A stretch of 64,000 bases of DNA from Raillietiella orientalis (lineage: Eukaryota), in the NCBI GenBank assembly GCA_036172245.1, contig JAYWIR010000009.1, forward strand, positions 3,968,001 through 4,032,000, read 5' to 3'. This document shows, one piece after another, positions 25,943 through 36,193 of the stretch; the first letter of the stretch is position 1, and every line of letters starts with the position of its first letter. The notes beneath the pieces are model-generated. The model did no database searches and had not been told where the DNA came from. It was given only the letters and a program-made list of their open reading frames with translations. A program made the position numbers and the translations under genes.

Positions 25943-26609
25943 TGCACTGATTGTGAGTTTTCGGATAAAACGGTGCGGCTGCTCTTCCCTAAACTGAAAC
26001 AGAAAATTCAACAGTCAGTTATGAAAGCTATTAGTTAAAACTTGAAATTTCTTCCTACATTGCTTCTCTCTGTTGAGATATTCCGGTCAAATTCTTTATT
26101 AATTTTCCTAATATCTGATCCAAAGTTGGAAGCTTTCCCCAATGTGTAAAAGGAATAATCTAAGGAAAAAGGATCTTACATAAAGGATCCTCAGAATTGG
26201 AATCTGGTTTGGACAGTCACAGAATTTCGAATGTGAACGTTAAAAGGCAAAAAAGAATTCAAGCAAATCAGCTGAAACAGCTAATTCATAATTGGGTTGT
26301 AAGGGTTTAATTAAAGATGCTCGTTATAATTCAGGTCTATCAAATGGTGACCATTTTGATAGCAAGCTTAAAAAAAAGGTCATAAGAGGATGCCATTTAA
26401 GATAAAAAGGAATGCTTTGTAATTTTTCGTAGCAGACTGCGCACGATACGTAACAAAAAAAAAAAATAAAAAAAATTCGAAGATTACTTTCCTACTCAGA
26501 TGCTGACTGTAAATATCACTCTTCGTCACTTGTTATTGAAAATCACTTATTGAAAAGATTCGTTATTTCCTCAATCTTTGCAGTGCATTTCAAATATTGT
26601 AGTTACAAT

Positions 26610-26623
26610 ATCACCATGGTAAC
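26610..26623. promoter_or_regulatory. RFX X-box upstream of DNALI1
   Basis: ATCACCATGGTAAC fits the RYYNYY-AT-RRNAAC X-box consensus and lies ~670 bp upstream of the ATG of a ciliary gene. RFX factors are established regulators of ciliary genes. Confidence 0.65.
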
Positions 26624-27223
26624 GTTTAGAGCGGTCGGCGAAGGGAGATAATTGAACTCGAGATACCCGAGATGGACAGTACCATTACATGAATTTACCA
26701 AAATAATAAACGGATACATTCTTAATAAGATCTATGTTCTCGAGTATATATGTATGTACATACACAAACACACACATGTAAATGGATGTATCACAATATG
26801 TATGTAAATATAGGTGTATCAAAGTCGAGGCAATCATAATTGTATTAATAAAAATGTAGAACGTATAAACGTACATTGGCTTAATCATGATGGGGATATT
26901 AGTAGTAATTTTTATATTTCACTTTCTATCGGTCCTTATGATGTATGCCAGTTTAGAGGAATTCTATGACGATTGACACTATCTGATTTTGAATGTAACA
27001 GTGATTTAGTGATGAGCAAAGAGATTTTCTAGTCATTTCTGGTCGCTTGCATTTAAACATGCGTTAAAATAAAGTTTGAATTTATTGTTTACCATTAAAG
27101 TTAATCTAGGTTTCATGAAGAAACAGGTTGTTCGTGTTAAATAGAATGAGACCCTCTTATGTGGCGAATCCATAAATAAGAGATCAAGAAAAAAATACAT
27201 GCATGCTATGATGATGGATATCA

Positions 27224-29062
27224 TTAGGGATTCCGCTTAGGAATTACCAATTCCTGGCGTACCTGCGCTCTTGCTGGCGCTTCGCGCTAATTAACATCAA
27301 TTTCAGTGGCCGGCACGTGTACGGCGTGCCGGTTCGTCGCGGCATCCGGCAGGGTGACAGCCTGAGCCCCCTGCTCTTCAGCATCTACTTTGAGTTGGTG
27401 CTGAGAGCATACAGGGAGACTTTGGCAACCCTGCCGAGCTCATGTCCCGGCACGCCTGCCGTGTCGGCCTATGCCGACGACCTTCTGCTTCTGCTTCCCG
27501 GGTCCACCCCGGCATCTGCGCTCGAAGATTTCTTTGAGTTGCTGAACCGTGGGACGGGATACGAGGTAAACAGGGCGAAGTCATCAATCATTTCTCCGGA
27601 CTCGTCGCGGGCAGGACGGTCGGACTGGATCCGCTTGGGGATCCCCACGGGCGGGTACTTCAAGTACCTGGGCGTTCCGTTGGGGGACTTCTGCGCTGCA
27701 GAAGCCTGGTCCGACCGTCTCCAAAAGGTGGAGTTGGCGATCGGCCCGTTCCGGGACGGCAAGTTTTACTTGCAGGAACGGGCCGCGGTGTGGAACGCTT
27801 TTGCGGCCCCCCTCCTCCGCCCCCTGCTTTTTGTATGCCCCATACCTCCCCAAATTCGACAAAGGACAAGGGGCCTCATTAGAAAAGCCCTCTGGGGCAA
27901 TCGGAGGCCCCGCGTCCGTCTTAAAGACTTATGCGCTCCACGCAGGGACGGTGGACTTGGTCTCCTGACGCTGGAGCGCATGGAGCGACAGCTCCGATTT
28001 CGTAAACTTGCCCTTGTGGCAAAGTACTGGACCGCACCCTGGTGTGCACATTCACGACTCCTGGCTCACAGGGCAACCGGCTGCCATGGATTGACCTCAA
28101 TCCTAGTAGCCAACGACCGCAGCCTTAACCACTGTGGTTTTCAGCTGCGGGAATTGGTTGCCCTGTTGAGAGACAATCCGTGGATCTCCTGCATCCCAGC
28201 GGACTGGACTACCTGGCTCCAGGAATCCGTTTCCGCATGGGCTAAAATCAACGGCTCCAGCGATGAGGACTTCTGCCTCCGCCGAGGCAGGTACTCTGGC
28301 CAGCCCCTGCTGGAGATCGTATCCAACCCACAAAAACTTCTGTGGGCCTCCTTTACCCCCCTTGCCCCAGTGCTGCCCTCCCTCAGGGAAGTTCGGGACA
28401 GCCAGCAGGAGGCATCGTGGGAAGTGTCCTGCCTCATCGGAGGCAGGAAAAAATTATTGAAGGCGTGGACGTCCCGGGAACTAGCGGACGCTAGTACCCC
28501 GAGTGTCCCTCCGAATGGACTTTCACGCTGGGGCGCGCTGCTCGAAGTACCTCCGGAGGAGGTGAAGTGGCCCCCGGCGTCGTGGGATAACGGCACCCTT
28601 CCCCTGCAGTGGCAGGAGACGGCGTTGCTTCTGCTCCATTGGGGACTGTTAAGCAGAGCGCGCTTGTCTCACTGGACACAGGGGAGTGTGGATGCTAATT
28701 GTCCAGACTGTGGGGAAAGAGAAACCTTTCCTCACTTAATCATTGAGTGCGTTGCCCTTCGCGATATGTGGGATCGACTCTCGTCGATCTTGAACATTCC
28801 GCGGGGCGACCCGAAGAACATTTTTCGACTCCTGATGCGGGACGCCTTGCCAGCTTCCGGGTGTGTAGCAGTGCTCTGTTGCATACGCGGAATACTGGAC
28901 AAGTGGACCGCGTCAAGGAGAGGACATGCCAGTCGGAATGCCATCCACTGGGCAACCATCTCCTTGGAGAAGGCCTGCCGTTGGCGCCGACTTGGAAAAC
29001 ACTTACAGGCACTTGTCCGCATCCGTGACCGGATGCAGAGGCCTCCTCACGGCGTACCGTGA
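27224..29062 (+). CDS. Retrotransposon ORF2 C-terminal part: reverse transcriptase plus CCHC zinc knuckle (partial, no start codon)
   Basis: RT motifs RGIRQGDSLSPLLF, YADD, G..VN..KS, FKYLGVPL; GGLGL motif; CPDCGERETFPHLIIEC zinc knuckle. The frame is open upstream of the track's 27317 start, back to LGIP at 27224. Confidence 0.88.
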   Translation, partial: LGIPLRNYQFLAYLRSCWRFALININFSGRHVYGVPVRRGIRQGDSLSPLLFSIYFELVLRAYRETLATLPSSCPGTPAVSAYADDLLLLLPGSTPASALEDFFELLNRGTGYEVNRAKSSIISPDSSRAGRSDWIRLGIPTGGYFKYLGVPLGDFCAAEAWSDRLQKVELAIGPFRDGKFYLQERAAVWNAFAAPLLRPLLFVCPIPPQIRQRTRGLIRKALWGNRRPRVRLKDLCAPRRDGGLGLLTLERMERQLRFRKLALVAKYWTAPWCAHSRLLAHRATGCHGLTSILVANDRSLNHCGFQLRELVALLRDNPWISCIPADWTTWLQESVSAWAKINGSSDEDFCLRRGRYSGQPLLEIVSNPQKLLWASFTPLAPVLPSLREVRDSQQEASWEVSCLIGGRKKLLKAWTSRELADASTPSVPPNGLSRWGALLEVPPEEVKWPPASWDNGTLPLQWQETALLLLHWGLLSRARLSHWTQGSVDANCPDCGERETFPHLIIECVALRDMWDRLSSILNIPRGDPKNIFRLLMRDALPASGCVAVLCCIRGILDKWTASRRGHASRNAIHWATISLEKACRWRRLGKHLQALVRIRDRMQRPPHGVP

Positions 29063-29262
29063 TACCTTCCCTTCCCTCCCCCTCCCGAAGAACATTGCCC
29101 CCCCAGGCGTTTTCTTTTTTTTGTTTATTTTTGGTTTTCCCCGCCCCTTCGCCAGTGTAGAGGACCTTATCGGCCTTCGGGTCGTAAGGACAAGTGCCTC
29201 AAGACATTCGGACCATATGTCCCGACTGAAAAACAAGAACAACTACAACAAAAAAAAAACAA
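27225..29262 (+). mobile_element. 5'-truncated non-LTR retrotransposon, L1/Tx1 type
   Basis: GC-rich island in AT-rich DNA. It begins inside the RT domain and ends in a 3' UTR and A-rich tail (~29229-29262). Candidate target-site duplication ATCAT at 27220-27224 and 29263-29267. Confidence 0.88.
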
Positions 29263-29449
29263 ATCATGACTTTATTATGAAATTTTTTTTGTGTATTTTG
29301 AAAAATTTTAATAATAAAAGCCCCGGCTCACCCGGCTGAAAAACCAATTTGCGAGGCAATATCTTCAAAATTTTGATCATCTAAGATCAAACAATCTGCT
29401 ATTTGAACAGTGATGGAGAGTCATCAAGATCTATAACAGGAAATAAAGT

Positions 29450-29960
29450 GAACCAAATTGTGGCAATGCTCGGAGGTGTAGTTTAATTTCATATTTGAAT
29501 AGGATTTACTTGTAAATTTATTTGACAGGAGGGATGGAATGCCTTAAGCAGTTTATGAGATGAGCTGTAGAATAGGGATGTACTAGAAGGTGTTTCTAGG
29601 CAAGGAGAGTGCTTTTTGAGAAAGGCATTATGCATAATCACGATAGTTGTAAGAAACTGTAATTTAATTTAATTTAACGTAAGCATGAGGTTGTTATTAG
29701 TGAATTGATTGCTCAAGGATAAACTAAAAAGTATATATATAAGGTTAAATAGGAAGGATGTGTAAAGTGGAAGATTGTGCACTGCTTGTAGACTGCCTTG
29801 TTTTATAATGTTCGATTTAATTGAATCGCGAATGTAGATTCCAGGTTAGTGAAGCACTAGATATTTTGTTTGCGATTAATATTAAGGGTGGTGAGATGTA
29901 TGAATGAAGGGAATATTTTTAAAGGAGATAGTTGATTGGATGAAGGATTATTTATTAATT
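29450..29960 (-). mobile_element. Possible decayed LINE remnant
   Basis: Same strand skew as 17.8-18.4 kb. The broken minus-strand reading L*NKAV / QAVHNLPLYTS resembles the LINE post-RT motif LQN.A.R....P..T. Confidence 0.3.
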
Positions 29961-32894
29961 TCATCGTAGGTTAATGTCATCTTTTTTCTTGCTTCCGTTT
30001 TTTTGTTGATATTTTGATTTAGTGTTTTTATCAAAGCATATCATGATGAAATTTTCAAAATCTTCTATAATAGCAAATCAAATGAAAACTGTTCTTTTCT
30101 CTGAACTTGAAACTTACAATATCTACCGCAGCAGAAAAGTAGAAGAAGCAATACTATTATTTGTTTACAGTCTAGTTTTTTTAAATTCGAAGCATCTCAT
30201 GTACTGGATATCAATGGTTCTAGATCTAAAGATTAAAAAAAAAAAATCTTTTTGGAATTATTTTAGTCTTTTGGACACTTCCATTTTTCTTGAAATCACA
30301 TATTCTAAGCAAACCTCTTACAAGTTACATATTTACTATATGACTTCCTCGCAGTAGAAGGTAAGCTTTCGTTATTCAAAACTGTTTGAGATCTTCGATA
30401 ACAAAATGTTAATTCAAGATTTGATATAAAATCGGAAGCTTCATTAAAATTTTAGTAGAGGTAATGGAGAATCTCTTCTTCATGTGACCTATTTTAACTA
30501 AACTTTTCAAAATTGCAATGATGAACGCCTACATATGATCTCTCTCTGATTTTAAGTGAATCTAATGTCCATAGCAGATAAGTAACCAAGTAGTATCAAC
30601 AGTAACCATTCATTCTTGTCATTTATAGGTTCCCATTCCGTATTTATGTCTGCACCTTTCACGAGAATATTTCAACCAAGGAATCAAATATTTGCCAAAG
30701 AGGGCGCTCATAATTCACAAATAAGAGTGTATCGGTTTTATGCACTTATATATCTATGAAGACTTTAGATCACACTGGATCAGTGATTTCCACAAGCCAT
30801 GAATTATAACTTTGAAATTGCAGCAAGCTTCAAATTTAGGACAGTTTTTTTGCAAATATAACGAGAAGTTTCTCATGTACTCTTGTTTTGATTTCGAATT
30901 GGTTATTGTTTTACAGTATATCCAAATAATGACCTTAATACTTTAGATGATGATCTTAATTCGTGGTTTTTGAGTTATTTTTTTCATTTCTTTCAAAACG
31001 ATAAACAAAGAAATTTCATAATCTCATGGAATAATGTTCCCTTGACGTAAGAGCAAAAAGCTCCTTCCTGGTTATTCCTTGGGTAAGGATTCGAAAAAGC
31101 TTATCTTTCTTAAGATTGATATAGGAAGTTTCCTAGACTGTACACAAATATCTTGTCCAGCTGAGTGTTTGAAATTTTGATCACCAGGAGAGTTTCATCC
31201 ACTGCTAGGACACTCTACGGATGGAGATGGATTTCTTCATAACGATGTCTTATGGACTAATTCATATATGCATAACTATAATAAGTATAAAAGGTGATAA
31301 CAAAAACATTTTATGCAACTTTGGATGGAAAGTTTCCATTTACTGCAGTTAAAATTAAAGTGTCAAAAGGAGACATTTTCACCAACACTTTACATAAACA
31401 CGAGGCAATGTTGATTTGTTGCTGACTATACCGAATATTATGATGATATGGCTTTTGTTCTGAAATTGAATATAATTTAAAGACTTTGAGTACGCTACAA
31501 TGATTTGTATCAATTGTATGTTGACGTAGATATTCTACGTTTTTGTCACTTTTGCAGTAAAAAAAAATGCGTTCAGATAATGAAAACATTGCTACCAAAT
31601 CTCTCGTTAAACAAAAAGGCAACTAGATCTGTTTTGGAAATCGAATAAACTAAGTTTCTAGTTTTGCAGACTTTATCCCTGAAGGTTTCCTTATCTCCGC
31701 GTATCAAGGATTTTGAAATAATTCTCACGATGCTATACCATTATTCAAAACAGGATCATCTAATCGAAGTTTTTGCAGAGGAAATACATAGGAAACAAAT
31801 TTTCCCCAGATGTTTTAAGAATTTTCACATTTTTAATAATTGGAGAATGGGTACCTATTTCTTTTGTAAATACTCTCTTTGATAAGTACATAGAGACTGT
31901 CCGTTTACTTGAGAGTTAGAATTTTATGCATCTCTATTATATTCTTTGCTTTGTATTAAAATAATTGCTAATAACCCGATTTATAAGGCAGTGAATACAA
32001 AAAGAATGAACTAAAAAAATACCTTCGAATTAAATACATCATCAGCGAACTGTCATGATATACTAAACCAATCTTTCCACTTCTGCAAGACGGTAAAGGC
32101 GGATGGTGTGTTGGTACTCGACCTCAGGGTGTAAAGTTTTTCAAAAAAAGATGTACATTTTATTATAAAATTTGCAATTAGTACAATAATACTCATGTAA
32201 CTTAAGATTTCAGTCAGTAACTCAGGACCGATAGTTATTTTCTATTTAGTGGCTTATGAAGTTTATGAAGTGCAATGGTAGGTTTGTGATTACAAGCAAT
32301 TTTCGTTTTGTCAATGTAAGTTTCAGGTTTTTTTTATGATAAAATATTTTCTTGCTAACAGACGGATTTCAAGTGGAAGCAGCTTTAGATCCAATAGAGA
32401 ATGAAACTTATTAGCAAGAATGGCTGAATTAGACACTGACTCAAAAGAGGAGTTCAACAAAGGTGCTACTATTATGAAATTCATAAGAAGGATCCACTTC
32501 ATAAAATTGCAAAGTTTTAACCATTTATGTTTTCTGAGGAATCCTTATGTACTTATTCAAAAATATTAAAACTTGATCTATATTCAAGTATTGCAAATAT
32601 AGCCTTTCGCCCCTTGGCTTTTTAGGCAAAACCATTTCTAATCATTGCTAAGACAGACGATTATGTGTTGATGCAATATTCAGTATTCATATATACGTTA
32701 AAGCTGTCAAGCATTTAAATTTTATTTTAAAATTCCTTGAGTTTTGTTTGTGATTAATGTTAAGAACTTCAGTGACTGTTTTAATTTTAGAGTATAATTG
32801 TATTTAGAAGCAAAGAAAGATGCTCTGTTAAAATTTGTTCATATTATCTGAAAATCCACTTATATGCTTTGGTTGTCCTCATCAAACAGATTTG

Positions 32895-35800
32895 ATGTCA
32901 GACATTGTCTGGGATGATTGGGATTTGGAATGCAGTGAAGAATCCACACAGTTGTATATGAGTCCACTTCAACATGATCTTAGTAGACCCCTTAGTTCAC
33001 AGGCCTTATCCAATAGTTTTCAAGAACTTAATCATAATAATGGAAAGACTTCGAAAGTTTTCACTAAATATGAAGGACATAAGTATGAAAAAAGCCAGCT
33101 TTGTTTGAAGTTTTACTATTATATATCTTTCAAATTTTTAGGGTCTTAAAAAAAAAAATCCTGATTCAACCCACAATAAGTGCTTTTTGCAATGGAAAAT
33201 CTCTTGAAAACAGAAAAATGGATTCATTGAATTCAATAAACAAGAAAAATACGGAGGACAAACCTCCATTCAATTTGAGGGACAAATTTCCTAAATACAA
33301 TGTTTCAAGCAGGAATACATCTTTCAAGCCGAAAAGATGCCCGTTCTATAAAATAATGCCTGGTAGGTTATGCAGTGATCGGTTTTATGCATTTTTTCTT
33401 CAAATAGATTGCAACATTGCTGTAGATGCATTTAATTATGGCTCCATTGATGGTATTAATAGCTATATTCTGACACATTTCCATTATGATCATTATATTG
33501 GTCTCAATAACAAATTTAAAGGCATAATTTACTGTACTCCAGTTACAGGTATGATGCTTTTTTTTTTTTTTATTTGTCCTCAAGAAATTCTTTGCAAGTT
33601 AGCCAACTTGTTAAACAAAAAATTGAATATGAATATGGAGAAAGTGTATGCTCTCCCTTTTAATCAAAGAACCAAGATCGGAAATGTGGTCATTGTTTTT
33701 TTGGATGCAAACCAGTAAGTTAGTCAGGTTCTCACAACATGTATTAGGTTTATAAAGTTGTCCTGGATCTGCTATGGTACTTATTGAGTTTTTGAATGGA
33801 AGAAAAATTCTGCATACTGGAGACTTCCGTGCAGATGTTTCAATGGAGTTGTATCCAGAGCTTCGAAATTCTAATATTGACATTCTCTATCTTGATACTA
33901 CGTAAGAGTTTTTATTCCTCACATGCAGATTGCTGTTTCAGGTATTGCAATGCTGCTTATTGCTTTCCCAAACAAAGGGAGGTTATTGATTTTGCTATAA
34001 CTTTATGCAAACAGTATCAAGAAAAGTACAAGCATATTTTGATAGTTTTTGGTGCATATCTAATTGGTTAGTATGGCTTAATATCTTTTCCACTCTGATT
34101 ACTTGTTTAGGTAAAGAACGTATTTTTAAAGCAGTGGCATCTTCTCTCTCATATAAGATTTGGGCAGAATATAGTAAAAGAGAAATATTTAAGTGTCTTG
34201 AAGATAAAGAATTGTCTCAGATGGTAACAGAGAAAAGTGAAGATGCTGATCTATATGTGCTTAGCATGAACAAACTGACAATAAAGGTTTTATTTTGGAT
34301 TCATCTTATTAAAAATTGTGTCAGTCGTTTTAGACTTTAGAAAAAATTTCTCATAATAAAATTGCTCCTAAATATGTTCTGGCATTCAAACCTACAGGAT
34401 GGGAATGCTCAGGAAAACCTCTAAATAGGATTACTCCACGACGAGGACAAAATGTTTCATTATATGGTAAAAAATTTAAGTGAGGCATGGTAATATATGA
34501 AAAAAGGTGATGGTTTACTCATGTCATGGGCATGAAATTCTTATTGTAGTGATGTTTTCTTCAAAACCTTTAACATATTGATTTGGATTGTCTTTTTGCT
34601 TTATTGTTCGTTTGGAGCTGTAACAATTTAGGAAGTTCATCAGTGTGTTTGCTTAATTGCAAAGGAGGTATGAAGAATTTATGCTACAAGCATACCCAAT
34701 TCCGGTTTTGTAGGTAGTTCTCCCTGTATTTGTTCTTTTCACCTTGTTCATATGCAAACATTCTATTGCATGAAATGGTCCAATTATAAATGAATATTGA
34801 TTTTTGTGTGTTGCATTTCAGATGTTAAGAGTATTCACAAGCAGTTGCTTGGCATAGGAATCTACCTCCATACTTGATAGAATTTTATTTTCTAATGAGT
34901 TTTTGTGCATGTCTTAATATTCAGTGAAACTTGACTATTGAAAGTACTTAGAACTAAAAGACCTCCTAGAAGTAACAAGGAAAGAAATTTAATACATGGT
35001 GTAATACATTCATTTTTGTACACTTGTAATTTTTCCATATTTATAGTTCATGTCCTGAGATGCTTGTTATTATCTTTTGCATGCATATCATTAAAAAGTT
35101 CAGCAATAGTAGAAAAAAAGGCTATTAAAACTATTAACTTACGACATACATTGAAATACTGGAGTAGTTATGAACTTATGGGTTTCTAGCGAATATGTTT
35201 AATAATTAAAAATATTTTGTAGGGCCAGATGGTAAAGTTTGGTTTCAATTGCATTCTCAGTTACACAAAATATTTGGGCTTGCTTTTTCAAAGGCAAAGG
35301 AATTTCTACCTGAAATAGAGAACCTTCAAATTCCTCTAACCTTCTGCTTTCCTTCTATTCTTTTAATTCATGTAGTTTGAATATTTAATAAGTTGAGCAA
35401 TGGTTGTTTCAGAAATGTCGGTTCTGTTTACATTATTTCCCTAAAGAAGCATTATTTCATTAAATTCACCTCAGATGTGTGTGCTTCTAGAAATTCTGTC
35501 ATGCAAGGATATTTTTGATAATGTAATGATAGTTATTTATCTGACAGTCTAGGAGGACATAGTAGTAGATTATAAGATTTTTTACTCTTGTAATCCTTAG
35601 TATTTTTACTATTACATATTTATCAATGCAGTTATTTGTGTGTATTGTGATCAAAAGTTCTATTTATCTCAGATCTGTAGAACCTTAATTTGTCAAAGGT
35701 GAAGCTTGGTATGATTCTGATAATGGTTGCAAAAATGTTACAAAATAAAATTTTTGGTAATGATATTCAAAATCAATGATTTCAACCAATGTTTTTATTC

Positions 35801-36193
35801 CAATAATTAAGATTATGTGGTGACCTTGTTATAAGTTTTCATGTAACTACATTGCAACTAAATTCTTGTTGTGAATGGAGACTACAGAATTTTGTGATTA
35901 GTTTATGAATGGGCTGTGGAAGATTTTTTATTCCAGATGTATAAAAATGCTCTCAGTCTCTCATTAAAATTTATTTTAATTATTTCAAATGAACACTTAA
36001 ATGGGAAGTTGTAGAGATTAATATTTTGAAAACTTTTTCAGGCCTTCCATACAGTGAACATTCAAGTTATGCTGAAATGGAGCGTTTTGTGAAATTTCTA
36101 AAACCTTCCAAGATTATTTCCACTGTACATGTAAGAAAAAATGAAGAACAGCAAAGTGTATATGACACATTGAGACACTGGACTCAGAATTGA
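32895..36193 (+). CDS. DCLRE1A: DNA cross-link repair 1A (SNM1A/Pso2), metallo-beta-lactamase/beta-CASP nuclease
   Basis: Exons 32895-33082, 33142-33362, 33408-33548, 33603-33714, 33758-33901, 33942-34066, 34111-34286, 34334-34466, 36042-36193. Motifs [60 protein letters not shown]. The start codon is the least certain part. Confidence 0.92.

Noticed and set aside
27317..29062. Retron, DGR or group II intron reverse transcriptase
   Set aside because: The GGLG motif, CCHC knuckle, A-rich tail, 5' truncation and candidate TSD identify a non-LTR retrotransposon.
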